The notes: a model not told the origin generated them from the sequence alone. A stretch of DNA of 64,000 bases from Caldisericia bacterium (GCA_026414995.1 JAOAHY010000003.1:47615-111614); one strand, 5' to 3'. Positions 30,707 to 40,996 are shown, numbered from the stretch's first letter. A program made the numbers and translations.

Positions 30707-31930
30707 TTAAATTAAGGTTCCAACTCCATTTAAAAAACTTATACCAGAAGGTCTTTCTCTTAAAATTACCTCTACTTCCATTGTTTTTCCATTTCTTATA
30801 ATTTCTATTTTAACCTTATCACCAATATTTTTCTGTCTTAAATATTTTGTTAATTCCTGAACAGATGTTACTTCTTTACCTTCAAATTTAGTTATGATAT
30901 CAAATGGTTTTAATCCTGCTTCACTTGCACTTGTTCCGCTTAAAACTTGAACAACTAATATACCTTTATTAACTGGTAAATTATTTCTCTTTGCAATATC
31001 ATCTGTTATTGCAACTCCACTAATACCTAAAAAAGGCCATCTTACTTTTCCATACACTTGTAAATCATTAACAACTTTTTGAATAGTATTTGAGGAGACA
31101 GCGAAACCTATTCCTTGACCTGAGGCATAAATTGCTGTATTCATTCCAACAACTTCACCAAAAAGATTTAAAAGAGGACCACCAGAATTTCCAGGATTAA
31201 TTGCAGCATCTGTTTGAATTACTCCTACAAGTGTAGTTCCATCTTCAAAAGTAAGTGTCCTTTCAAGTGCAGAAATTACACCAGTTGTGACAGTGTGATC
31301 AAAACCATATGGATTTCCAATTGCAATTACAGTTTGACCAACTTTAAGAGTTGAAGAGTCTGTAAAGGTAAGATATGGAAGACCCTTGGCATTAATTCTT
31401 ATCAACGCAACATCAGATGAAGGATCTGTTCCAACAATAAAGCCATCATACTCTTTGCCATCACTAAGAGTTACTGTAATTTTTTTAGCACCTTCAATAA
31501 CATGATTATTTGTAACTATTAATCCATCTTCAGAAATTATAAAACCAGAACCTAAACCTGGTGTTTCATATGTGAAAAAGAAATCTTGAACAACCTGAGT
31601 GGTTGAAATTCTTACAACAGCAGGACTAACCTTTTCTGCAACATTAATAATTTGAGATTCTTCAACTTTAATAACATCGCTTACATTAACATATTGAACT
31701 TTTGAGGGATTTTGTGAAGGTAAATAAAAATTTGATTTTAAATATTTTACTGTTATGAAGCTTCCTAATCCTCCTCCAATTAATGCTCCAATTATAAACA
31801 TGATAAGAATAATAAAGGTTGTTCCTCTTCTCTTTTTTGGTTTTTCTTCAATCAATTTTTCTTTTATCTCTTCTTCTATTTCTTTTATTTCTTCATTTTT
31901 TATCTCTTCTTCTTTTTCAAATTCTTCCAT
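30707..31930 (-). CDS. HtrA/DegP-family serine protease with PDZ domain, N-terminally membrane-anchored
   Basis: Catalytic triad contexts TNNHVI, SDVALIR and GNSGGPLLN, plus a C-terminal PDZ-like segment. Confidence 0.88.
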   Translation of the reverse strand: MEEFEKEEEIKNEEIKEIEEEIKEKLIEEKPKKRRGTTFIILIMFIIGALIGGGLGSFITVKYLKSNFYLPSQNPSKVQYVNVSDVIKVEESQIINVAEKVSPAVVRISTTQVVQDFFFTYETPGLGSGFIISEDGLIVTNNHVIEGAKKITVTLSDGKEYDGFIVGTDPSSDVALIRINAKGLPYLTFTDSSTLKVGQTVIAIGNPYGFDHTVTTGVISALERTLTFEDGTTLVGVIQTDAAINPGNSGGPLLNLFGEVVGMNTAIYASGQGIGFAVSSNTIQKVVNDLQVYGKVRWPFLGISGVAITDDIAKRNNLPVNKGILVVQVLSGTSASEAGLKPFDIITKFEGKEVTSVQELTKYLRQKNIGDKVKIEIIRNGKTMEVEVILRERPSGISFLNGVGTLI

Positions 31931-31992
31931 AATTAATACCTCCTTTAATATTTATACAAATAAATAGAATTTTTGTTACAGATGTTTTGTTT

Positions 31993-32652
31993 TTATTCAA
32001 TAAACTCTTCTGTAAATTTAGATATGTCTTTAGTTCTTCCTATGAAAACAATTGTGTCATCTTGTCTAAATATTTCCTCTGAAGATGGAGCTACAATAAA
32101 CTCCTCTCCTCTTTTTATTCCTAAAACAATTATTTTATATTTATTTCCTAAATCAAGTTCTCTTAAAGTTTTTCCAACAAATTCTTTTGGAACTTTTGCC
32201 TCCTCGAGATTATACTCAGGAGAAATTTCAATGAAGTCGAGTAGAGATGTTGAGGTTAATTGAATTGCTAGTGTTTCTCCTCTTTCTTTTTCAGGAAAAA
32301 CCACTAAATCTGCTCCAATTTTTTCAAGAATTTTTCCATGAAGTTCATCAACTGCTTTTGCTACTACATATCTAATTCCCATACTTTTAACTATCATAGT
32401 TGATAGTATGCTATGTTCTTTATTATCACCAATTGCAATAATGACTGTATCACAATTTTTTATACCTGCTTCTTCAAGCGCAAGTTCATCTGTTGCATCA
32501 GCAAGAATAACATGAGTCAATTTATCTTTAACTCTTTCTATTATTTCTCTATCATTATCTATTGCAAGAACTGGAAACCCCCTTTTCTCTATATTTAATG
32601 CAAGTGAAAATCCAAATCTTCCAAGACCAATTACTCCAAAAGTTTTCTTCAT
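31993..32652 (-). CDS. trkA: Trk/Ktr potassium uptake regulatory subunit (RCK: TrkA-N + TrkA-C)
   Basis: NAD-binding GVIGLGRFG. Length 219 aa. It lies directly downstream of the TrkH/KtrB gene. Confidence 0.85.
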   Translation of the reverse strand: MKKTFGVIGLGRFGFSLALNIEKRGFPVLAIDNDREIIERVKDKLTHVILADATDELALEEAGIKNCDTVIIAIGDNKEHSILSTMIVKSMGIRYVVAKAVDELHGKILEKIGADLVVFPEKERGETLAIQLTSTSLLDFIEISPEYNLEEAKVPKEFVGKTLRELDLGNKYKIIVLGIKRGEEFIVAPSSEEIFRQDDTIVFIGRTKDISKFTEEFIE

Positions 32653-32656
32653 ATTT

Positions 32657-33994
32657 CTATCCTACCATAACTTTATCTTCAGGTAAATAAACCCTTTGTG
32701 ATTTTCTAACAATAACACTTGTTAAAAACGAAAGAATTCCAACTCTTCCAGTAAACATTGTAAAAATTATTACTAATTTTCCAAATGTTGAGAGTTCTGG
32801 AGTAATTCCTGTTGAAAGACCTACTGTTCCAAAAGCTGAAACAACCTCGAAAAATATTGAAATTAAGCCAAATTTTTCTGTTATTGATAATAAAAATGTT
32901 GAAAGAGATATAAGAAAAATTGCAGTTGTAAAAACAAGGTATGATTTTTTGATTGAAAGAGTCTCTACACATCTTCCAAATATAGTGACTCCTTCTCTTC
33001 CTTTTATCCAACTTCTAATATTAAGTAAAATAAGTGCAAAAGTTGTTGTTTTTATACCTCCACCTGTTCCTCCAGGTGATGCACCAACAAACATTAAAAA
33101 TATTGTTAAAAGTAGAGTTGGAAGATTTAAATATCCAACATTTACTGTACTAAAACCAGCTGTTCTTGGAGTTACAGCATGAAAAATTGAAGTTAAAACT
33201 CTTTCTTTAAAAGAATAAAATTTAAGTGTTCTTGGATTTGAAATTTCAAATAAGTAAAAAAGTGTAGCACCTAATATTATCAAAATAATTGTTGTTATTA
33301 TAACTAGTTTAGTATGAGTTGAAAGTTTTTTTGATTTAGGAAAATCAATCAATTCGCTAATGACTACAAAACCAATTCCGCCAAACACTATTAATAATAT
33401 TATTGTTAAATTGAGAACAATATTTCCTCTATATGGTATGAAACTTTTAAAATCACCAATTAAATCAAAACCAGCATTACAGAATGCAGAAATCGAATGA
33501 AAAAGTCCATAAAAAAGAGCCTTTGGAAAACCAACTTCTTTTAAAAAAACTGTTGATAAAATTATAGCCCCAGTTCCTTCAAATAATAAAACTATATAAA
33601 AAATTCTTCTTGCAAGTTTAATAATACCACCAATACTAAAAAAACTAATTGATTCTTTCAGAATTATTCTATCTAAAAGTGGTATTTTTCTTCCAAGAAG
33701 TAAAGAAAGAAAAGTAAATATTGTCATATAACTTAATCCGCCTATTTGAATTAATAAAAGGATTATTATTTGACCAAAAGTTGAATAATGAGTTCCTGTA
33801 TCTAAAACAACAAGACCTGTTACACATGTTGCTGAACTTGCTGTAAATAGAGCATTGATAGGATTTGTCCATACTCTATTTTTTGAGGAGATAGGGAGTG
33901 TTAAAATAAATCCTCCAATTAATATAATTAAAAGGTATGATAATATAATAAATCTTCCTGGCTCTTTTCTTATATTAGAAAGATGATTTATCAT
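32657..33994 (-). CDS. trkH: TrkH/KtrB-family potassium transporter membrane subunit
   Basis: Polytopic protein with four repeated pore-loop-like segments (e.g. TATCVTGL, CNAGFD, RTAGFS, GTVGLSTG). Confidence 0.85.
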   Translation of the reverse strand: MINHLSNIRKEPGRFIILSYLLIILIGGFILTLPISSKNRVWTNPINALFTASSATCVTGLVVLDTGTHYSTFGQIIILLLIQIGGLSYMTIFTFLSLLLGRKIPLLDRIILKESISFFSIGGIIKLARRIFYIVLLFEGTGAIILSTVFLKEVGFPKALFYGLFHSISAFCNAGFDLIGDFKSFIPYRGNIVLNLTIILLIVFGGIGFVVISELIDFPKSKKLSTHTKLVIITTIILIILGATLFYLFEISNPRTLKFYSFKERVLTSIFHAVTPRTAGFSTVNVGYLNLPTLLLTIFLMFVGASPGGTGGGIKTTTFALILLNIRSWIKGREGVTIFGRCVETLSIKKSYLVFTTAIFLISLSTFLLSITEKFGLISIFFEVVSAFGTVGLSTGITPELSTFGKLVIIFTMFTGRVGILSFLTSVIVRKSQRVYLPEDKVMVG

Positions 33995-35498
33995 TTGTTT
34001 TTAAAATTGATAAAAATGAGTAAATAGAAATTAATAAAAATATAATAGAGATTATTAATGGAAGAGTATCTTTAAAGTTTATTATTATAAGATAAATAAA
34101 AAGTATAATTGAAAAAACATTTAGAATTTTTGAAATATAATTATACTCTCTGAATTTGAAAATTTGTGATACAAAATAAAGTAAAATTGAAGCCAAAAGA
34201 AAATTAATAGAAGTGTTAACTGTTATTAATCTTAACCACCAATTTGTTATACCTCCAAAAATGTCTTTTGGAAGGAAAAATGTTAGAAATGTTAATAATA
34301 TAATCAAAACAACAATAGGATTTGCCATTTTTAATTCAATTAAATTTAAATATTTTTTTAAAGATTTTAATGAATAAACCATAAATGAAAACATAACAAC
34401 AACTGTTAAAAATAGAACAAAATTTTTACTATAACTTTCACTTAAACCTGCAAAACGAAGATATTTAGCCATCCCTTCTTGAAAAAGAGTTAGTGGATCT
34501 TTTCCTTTAATTAATGAATCAGTTTTAGCATAAATTATTAATGAAAAAGAAGAAACTATTCCTGCTAATGAAAGAATTGTAATTGGAAGAAGGGAGGTTT
34601 TTGAAACATCTTTTTCTCCTTTTATACTTTCTGATGTAAATAATATTGAAAACAGAGATTCAAAACCAGAAAAGGCAACAAAAGATAGGGTTCCTAAAAT
34701 TAAAGGAATCATTGAGCCTCTCGAACTAGATAAAATAAATTCTTCTCTCTGAATTCTTACACCAATAAATGGACCAAAAAATCCCCCAAAAAGAATTATA
34801 AATATTAAAAATGATGAGAGATATGAATATGGTTTAGATAATAAGTCATCTTTTAAAAATATAAAAATTAAAAGTAAGGCAGTTAAAATAATTCCAAATG
34901 TAAATTTTTCAGTAACTATTTTAAAAGGAATAGATAGAGGATAGAATCCTCCAAGAAAGATAATGTAAAATAGAAATACTGCAAAAAATATAGTGTATGG
35001 TATAATATCTTCCTTTTTATTAATAATGAAATATGAGAAGAGAAGAGATAGCAAAACAAGAAGCAAAAATGAGGTAGAAACTCCTCTATTTTGCCCTAAA
35101 AGCTCAGCTGTGTAATGAATAAATGAGATTGTAATTAAAAAAGAGAAGATAATTAAAAAAATTAAAAGAATATTTTTTAATTTTTTATTGTTTATTAAAT
35201 AATCTTTAAAACTTAATCTTTTATTCAATAAGGTAGAAAGAAATGAAAGAGGATAACCAAAAAATAAAGTCATAACTATCGTTATTACAATTACTGGAAT
35301 ATAACCCCACTCTATTGCAATAATAGGTGCAAGGAAAAGATAAGCACCCCCAACTGCTCCTAACTTTTCTCCAAAGGGAATAAGAGCAAATCCACCTTCT
35401 CTTTTAATTTTAAATTTCTTTTCAAAAAATAATTTAGAAAGAAAATAAAGTACAAAAAGAATAACAAAAACAAAAGTTGATAAAATATATAATTTCAT
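33975..35498 (-). CDS. Polytopic membrane protein, divergent CstA-like (carbon starvation/pyruvate-peptide transporter family)
   Basis: The segment IPLILGTLSFVAFSGFESLFSILFTSESIKGEKD resembles the CstA core FPxLFxTIACGAxSGFHxLxSSGTTxKQ. About 14 predicted TM helices. A 20-nt overlap links it to trkH. Confidence 0.4.
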   Translation of the reverse strand: MKLYILSTFVFVILFVLYFLSKLFFEKKFKIKREGGFALIPFGEKLGAVGGAYLFLAPIIAIEWGYIPVIVITIVMTLFFGYPLSFLSTLLNKRLSFKDYLINNKKLKNILLIFLIIFSFLITISFIHYTAELLGQNRGVSTSFLLLVLLSLLFSYFIINKKEDIIPYTIFFAVFLFYIIFLGGFYPLSIPFKIVTEKFTFGIILTALLLIFIFLKDDLLSKPYSYLSSFLIFIILFGGFFGPFIGVRIQREEFILSSSRGSMIPLILGTLSFVAFSGFESLFSILFTSESIKGEKDVSKTSLLPITILSLAGIVSSFSLIIYAKTDSLIKGKDPLTLFQEGMAKYLRFAGLSESYSKNFVLFLTVVVMFSFMVYSLKSLKKYLNLIELKMANPIVVLIILLTFLTFFLPKDIFGGITNWWLRLITVNTSINFLLASILLYFVSQIFKFREYNYISKILNVFSIILFIYLIIINFKDTLPLIISIIFLLISIYSFLSILKTNDKSSF

Positions 35499-35582
35499 AT
35501 TCCTCTCCTTTTAAAGGTTCTCATACAATCATAAATTTTAAATCAATTAAAATTTCTGTCAAGAAATGTTAATATTTAATTT

Positions 35583-36470
35583 ATGAAAATTGGCTATCCA
35601 TGTATAAACTATTCAATAGGTTGTTCTCCGAATAAAACTTTTAGATTAACCTCTTATGAAGAAAATAAATTAAGAGAGACAATTAGAAATAATTTATTAT
35701 GTTTAATTGAAATTTTAAAATTTAATTTGAAGGAAAATTTAAAATTTTTTAGAATTTCCTCAGAAACTATACCTTTTGCCTCTCATGAAATAATGAGCAT
35801 TAAATGGTATGAGGAATTTAAAAGAGAATTGATTGAGATAGGAGATTTTATAAAGAAAAATTTTTTTAGAATTTCAATGCACCCAGATCAATTTATTCTT
35901 ATAAATTCAATTAAAGAGGATGTATTTATAAGAAGCGTTAAAGAACTTGAATATCACATGATTTTACTTGATAGCATGGAATTAGATTACACACATAAAG
36001 TACAAATTCATGTTGGTGGAGTTTATGGTGATAAAAATTTATCAATTGAAAGGTTTTTAAAAAGATATGAATCTCTTCCTGATTTTATAAAAAAAAGACT
36101 TTGTATAGAAAATGATGATAAGTATTATTCTGTTTTGGATGTAATAAAAATAAGCAACAAAACAGAAATTCCTATCATTTTCGATTATTTTCATTATAGA
36201 TGCAATAATAATGGAGAAAAATTAGAAAATTTTTTAAAAGATATTATATTAACCTGGAAAGAGAAAGATGGAATTCCTATGGTTGATTACAGTTCACAAG
36301 ATAAAGGTGCAAAGAAAGGCACTCATGCAAGAAGAATTGATCTTAAAGATTTTGAAGAATTTATTAATATTACAAGACCATATGAATTTGATATTATGCT
36401 TGAAATTAAAGATAAAGAAAAAAGCGCAATTGAAGCAAGAAAATTTCTTGAAAAGTTAAATCTCATTTAA
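35583..36470 (+). CDS. uvdE: UV damage endonuclease (UvdE/UVDE family)
   Basis: N-terminal KIGYPCIN, HPDQF, IHVGG and CIENDD motifs of the TIM-barrel UVDE family. Confidence 0.8.
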   Translation: MKIGYPCINYSIGCSPNKTFRLTSYEENKLRETIRNNLLCLIEILKFNLKENLKFFRISSETIPFASHEIMSIKWYEEFKRELIEIGDFIKKNFFRISMHPDQFILINSIKEDVFIRSVKELEYHMILLDSMELDYTHKVQIHVGGVYGDKNLSIERFLKRYESLPDFIKKRLCIENDDKYYSVLDVIKISNKTEIPIIFDYFHYRCNNNGEKLENFLKDIILTWKEKDGIPMVDYSSQDKGAKKGTHARRIDLKDFEEFINITRPYEFDIMLEIKDKEKSAIEARKFLEKLNLI

Positions 36471-38366
36471 AATATTTTTTAAATTAATATACATAGATTT
36501 ATCAATTTTTTTGTCTTTATAATAAACATCTTCAAATTTAATTATAAATTTTTTAAGTTTTAATTTAACATCTTCATTTTTAATTTTTTGAAGAAATTCT
36601 TCTAAACCCTCATACTTTTCTTTTTTTAAGCCAAGTTTTTTAATTTTTTTGTAAAAATTTCTTATAAGCTTATCTTCAAATCGCTCTTTTTTTAACTTCA
36701 TATTTTTGATTATGAAATACAAAATAAAAATTAAAAACAACAACAAAAAATAGAAACCCTTTTTAAAAAACTCTATCATATTAAATTTTATATTAAAATC
36801 TATTTTAAAATCTTTAATTTTATTTAAAAGTGCAATTTGTTTTTCAAGATCATAATTTATAACAAAAGTGTTGTAATAATAGTTTATTGTATCTAAAAAA
36901 AGTCTAAATTTTGATATTTTTCTTGAATTTAAAAGTGCTAAATTTCTCTCTGAAGATGGAGTTGGATCAAATCTTATCCATCCAATTGCATCAACATATG
37001 CTTCAACCCAAAGATGCGCATCTGATTGCTTAATAATATAATATTTTCCTATTTCATTATAAATACCACCTTTATATCCTGCTACAACTCTTGATGGTAT
37101 TTCAAGCCCTCTTAAAATTAAAGCCATTGCAGTAGCAAAATATTCACAATTCCCCTCTTTTGTTTTAAAAAGAAAATCTTCTACTGGATTTTGTGAGATT
37201 GGTAAGTTTTTAAGATTATATTTAAATTGAGGTCCCATAAGGTAATTTTGTACATTTTTTATAGTTTCCAAAGCATTTTCATCTTTAAAATTTCTAATAA
37301 ATTCATAAAAATTTTGAGATAAATTATTAGGAAGTTGCAAATATAATTTTTTTTCTATATCTTTTTCATAAACCACATTAGAGATAACTGATTTAACATC
37401 ATACTTTATTTTATTTCCTATAATTTCTCTTGTTTTGAAACTTAACCCCTCTTTTTCATATCTTAAAAAAGAATAAATTCCAACTGGTTTATCAATACCA
37501 AAAAGAATATTTCCTCCATATGGTTCAAGATAAATTGTCTGCTCTACTAGTTTCCCTTTTATTTCTAAATTTTTTGAATCTTCACCAATTTTAACATAAA
37601 TCCATTCGTTATTATCATAATAATTTAGTGTTATGCCTCTAAAATAAAGTTCATCATCATTTAATCTTTCAGTTGAGACTCTCATAATAACTGAATCATC
37701 TTCTTGAATTTCTGAAACTGTACCAAGTTTTACTGTTTCAGAAAATCCAGTTCTTGCAGTTAAAGTTGAGCCAAAAAATGAAAAAAGCGGATTTGGAGTT
37801 CTTGGAAGTCCAAAAAATAGTATTACTGAAAATGGTAGAGCAATAATTGGAATCAAAAAGGCTCTTTTACTAATTTTAAAAAATTCACCTATTTTTAATT
37901 TAAGATTTTTATCTTCAGAGTAGTATGTTAGAAAAATTATTGAATAGTTTAGTAATAAAATGAATATTAAAAAGAAAACAAGAAAAGAAATTTCAAAAGA
38001 GAAAATTGTTGCACCAGTAAATATTAAGATTGAAATTAAAAAAATTTGAAGATAATCTCTTTTTTCTTTATCCTCTAAAAATTTAATCGAAAGAAGAACA
38101 ATTAGAGATTCAAGAGAAGGTGTTATTATATCTGTAAGTGTTAATCTTAAAAAAATCAAAATGATAAAAATTATTGCAACTATATTTAAAAGAGTTCTAT
38201 TTATTTTATAATGTTTGACAAAATCTTTATATAAAGCAAAAATAAATATAATTAGAGAAATAAATAAATAAGGAAATGAAATTATTTTAAATGAGAATAT
38301 AAACATTTCAATTCCAATTAAATAGGTTAATATATTTAAAATTTTCTTTATCTCTATTTTATTCAT
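36456..38366 (-). CDS. Transglutaminase-like (cysteine protease fold) membrane protein with a multi-TM N-terminal domain
   Basis: Core GNCEYFATAMALILRGLEIPSRVVAGY ... SDAHLWVEAY ... RFDPT (Cys-His-Asp). There are about 6 N-terminal TM helices and 1 C-terminal TM helix. Confidence 0.8.
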   Translation of the reverse strand: MNKIEIKKILNILTYLIGIEMFIFSFKIISFPYLFISLIIFIFALYKDFVKHYKINRTLLNIVAIIFIILIFLRLTLTDIITPSLESLIVLLSIKFLEDKEKRDYLQIFLISILIFTGATIFSFEISFLVFFLIFILLLNYSIIFLTYYSEDKNLKLKIGEFFKISKRAFLIPIIALPFSVILFFGLPRTPNPLFSFFGSTLTARTGFSETVKLGTVSEIQEDDSVIMRVSTERLNDDELYFRGITLNYYDNNEWIYVKIGEDSKNLEIKGKLVEQTIYLEPYGGNILFGIDKPVGIYSFLRYEKEGLSFKTREIIGNKIKYDVKSVISNVVYEKDIEKKLYLQLPNNLSQNFYEFIRNFKDENALETIKNVQNYLMGPQFKYNLKNLPISQNPVEDFLFKTKEGNCEYFATAMALILRGLEIPSRVVAGYKGGIYNEIGKYYIIKQSDAHLWVEAYVDAIGWIRFDPTPSSERNLALLNSRKISKFRLFLDTINYYYNTFVINYDLEKQIALLNKIKDFKIDFNIKFNMIEFFKKGFYFLLLFLIFILYFIIKNMKLKKERFEDKLIRNFYKKIKKLGLKKEKYEGLEEFLQKIKNEDVKLKLKKFIIKFEDVYYKDKKIDKSMYINLKNILNEI

Positions 38367-39168
38367 ATAGTGCTAATTCCCTTAATAGATTTAATTTATG
38401 ATTAAAAGAAAAATCTGGTTTAAAAAATTTATCCTTAATTTTTAAACCTACAGGAATACCTTTTTTGAAATTATCCATTATAAGAAATGATATAAAAGAA
38501 ATTTTATCTTCTAAATTTTTAGCTTTTATTTTATCGAATTCTATTATTAAAGGTTTATTTATTAGCGAATCAAATTCCTTAATTTTAAGTGAGCCAGTCT
38601 TTGCACTACTTTTCCAATCAATATATTTTTTTGGAGTTCCATTAATATAATCTTTTATTGATTTGATATCACCATCATAACCACTTTTAATTTGTGATTC
38701 ATATTCTCCATTTTTTTCTTTTTGAGATATTAAATTTTCATAAATAATGACCTTTTTTGGTTCAGGAAAAACAATAAATTCAAAACTCTTTTTTAAATTA
38801 TAATATCTTACAAAAAAATTAAAAGGAAAAGGAGATGAAAATTGAAGTTCATTAATTTTATATAAACCTCTTTTTGGAAACACCAATGACTCTCTTTTGC
38901 TAATTTCTTTTTCAAAATAAGGAAAAACAATTTCCTTATCATAAAATTTTAATTTTATCAAGAAAGATGGCAATCTCTTTTTATTTATTAATTTAAAAAT
39001 AAAATAGACCTCCTTTTTTGCATAAATTTCTTGAGGAAATTCAATTTCAAGATCTAAATTTTGGATATTGTATCTTCCAAAAAAACCTGAAACAGCCATA
39101 AAACTTAATAAAAAAGAAGTTATTAAAAAAAGTAGATTATTACCAGTATTTATAGCAGAAACACCCAA
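38359..39168 (-). CDS. DUF58-family protein
   Basis: NTGNNLLFL N-terminal membrane hairpin, and IDWKSSAKTGSLKIKEF (the DUF58 hallmark). The start is uncertain: the frame stays open upstream past the MoxR stop with no ATG/GTG/TTG before the TTG at 39168. Confidence 0.7.
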   Translation of the reverse strand: MGVSAINTGNNLLFLITSFLLSFMAVSGFFGRYNIQNLDLEIEFPQEIYAKKEVYFIFKLINKKRLPSFLIKLKFYDKEIVFPYFEKEISKRESLVFPKRGLYKINELQFSSPFPFNFFVRYYNLKKSFEFIVFPEPKKVIIYENLISQKEKNGEYESQIKSGYDGDIKSIKDYINGTPKKYIDWKSSAKTGSLKIKEFDSLINKPLIIEFDKIKAKNLEDKISFISFLIMDNFKKGIPVGLKIKDKFFKPDFSFNHKLNLLRELALYE

Positions 39169-39215
39169 AAAAATTGTTATTAAAATATAAAAATATCCAG
39201 ATCCAGTTATTTTAA

Positions 39216-40139
39216 TTACACTGGGGTAGGTACTTCTTCTATTATTGATTTTATAATCTCCTTTTTATTGATATTTTCATATTCTTCTTTAAATAAAACC
39301 CTATGTGGAATTATAAATTCAATAAGTTCTTTTACATCTTCTGGTATTACATAATCTCTTCCTTTGATGAATGCATTGGCTTTTGATGCGAGAAGAAGAG
39401 AAAGAGAGCCTCTTGTTGAAATTCCAGAATATAAAAATTTGCTTTTTTTGGTTGCTTCCACTATTTCAATTATGTAATCAATTACCTTATTGGAAACAAA
39501 AACTTCATTTTTAATAATTTCCTGAATTTTAATAATTTCATCTTTTGATAGAATTGGTTTAATTTTAATCAACTCCTCTCTTGTACTTCCAATATGTAAT
39601 ATTTCTCTAAGCTCTTCTTTTTCAGGATAGCCAAGTGATATTTTCATCATAAATCTATCAAGTTGTGATTCAGGAAGAGGAAAAGTTCCAAATAGTTCAT
39701 ATGGATTTTGAGTTGCTATGACAAAAAAGGGTTTTGGAAGATCATAGGTTTTTCCATCAATTGTTACTTGTCTTTCTGCCATTGCTTCAAGTAGAGCAGA
39801 TTGAGTTTTTGGGGTTGCTCTATTTATTTCATCAACAAGAAGAATGTTATTAAAAATTGGTCCTGGGTGAAATTCAAATTCAGAAGAGTTTTTATTAAAT
39901 ACAGATAAACCAGTAATATCTGAAGGAAGAAGATCTGAAGTTGCTTGCACTCTTCCAAAAGATAGACCAAGGGTTTTAGCTAAACCTATTGCAAGTGTTG
40001 TTTTACCTAACCCTGGCAAATCTTCAATTAAAAGATGTCCATTAGAAAGTAAAGTTATAAGAGAAAGTTCAATTGCCTTTCTCTTTCCTTGAAGGTAATT
40101 TAAAAGAAAATCTATGATTAAACTTATTTTTTGGTTCAT
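39216..40139 (-). CDS. MoxR-family AAA+ ATPase
   Basis: Walker A EDLPGLGKT, Walker B LLVDEINRATPKTQSALLEAM, and TQNPxExxGTxPLPEAQLDRF-like (ATQNPYELFGTFPLPESQLDRF). Confidence 0.88.
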   Translation of the reverse strand: MNQKISLIIDFLLNYLQGKRKAIELSLITLLSNGHLLIEDLPGLGKTTLAIGLAKTLGLSFGRVQATSDLLPSDITGLSVFNKNSSEFEFHPGPIFNNILLVDEINRATPKTQSALLEAMAERQVTIDGKTYDLPKPFFVIATQNPYELFGTFPLPESQLDRFMMKISLGYPEKEELREILHIGSTREELIKIKPILSKDEIIKIQEIIKNEVFVSNKVIDYIIEIVEATKKSKFLYSGISTRGSLSLLLASKANAFIKGRDYVIPEDVKELIEFIIPHRVLFKEEYENINKKEIIKSIIEEVPTPV

Positions 40140-40201
40140 TGTGTTCTCCTTTTTATTGTGTGAGTATTATAATTTTAATTGATTTATTTAAGGAGGTCAA
40201 T

Positions 40202-40930
40202 ATGGAGATAAAAGGAAAATGTGCATTAATTACAGGTGGTAGCAGAGGAATTGGAAAGGAAACAGCAATTGAAATTGCAAAAAGAGGAGGAAATGTTGGA
40301 ATAAATTTTAAGTTAAGAAAAGATGAAGCAGAAAATGTTTTAAAAATTTGTGAAAGTTTTGGAATAGAAGGAATTTTGCTTCAAGGTGATGTTAGTAAAA
40401 GTGAAGATGTTAAAAAAATTATAAAGGAGTTTATAAATAAATTTGGAAGAATAGATATTCTTGTAAATAATGCTGGAATTGCTCCTCCTAATACAAAACT
40501 CATTGATATAAGTGAAGAAGAATGGGATGAAATAATTGATATTAATTTAAAAAGTATGTTTCTTATGACAAAAGAAGCGCTTCCTTATATTCCTGATGGT
40601 GGAAAGATTATAAATCTTTCATCAATAGCAGGTAAAATGGGAGGAACAATAGGTCCTCATTACGCTGCAAGTAAAGCAGGAATTATTGGTTTTACTTTTG
40701 CTCTTGCAAGTGAACTTGCACCTAGAAAAATTAATGTAAATGCAGTTGCTCCAGGACCTGTAGATACTGATCTTGTTAGTGAAGATGTTAAAAAGAGATT
40801 GAGTGAGTTAACTCCATTAAAAAGAATTGCAACACCATATGAAATTGCTCACACAATTATTTATTTAATTGAAAACGATTTTGTACATGGAGAAGTTGTT
40901 GATGTAAATGGTGGAAGATATATGGATTAA
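40202..40930 (+). CDS. fabG: 3-oxoacyl-ACP reductase-type SDR
   Basis: TGGSRGIGK, NNAG and the canonical S...YAASK catalytic set. I prefer the ATG at 40202 (AAGGAGG 5 nt upstream) over the listed start at 40139. Confidence 0.8.
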   Translation: MEIKGKCALITGGSRGIGKETAIEIAKRGGNVGINFKLRKDEAENVLKICESFGIEGILLQGDVSKSEDVKKIIKEFINKFGRIDILVNNAGIAPPNTKLIDISEEEWDEIIDINLKSMFLMTKEALPYIPDGGKIINLSSIAGKMGGTIGPHYAASKAGIIGFTFALASELAPRKINVNAVAPGPVDTDLVSEDVKKRLSELTPLKRIATPYEIAHTIIYLIENDFVHGEVVDVNGGRYMD

Positions 40931-40996
40931 AGAAAAAGTTTAAATTTTCACAAAAAAACTTTTAAAAAATTAAAAATCTGATAAAATTAAATATGA

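Noticed and set aside
35499-35582. Possible c-di-AMP (ydaO/kimA-type) riboswitch upstream of the CstA-like/trkH/trkA operon
   Set aside because: The spacer is only 84 nt, is AT-rich, and is shared with the divergent uvdE promoter. That is too short and unstructured for this riboswitch class.
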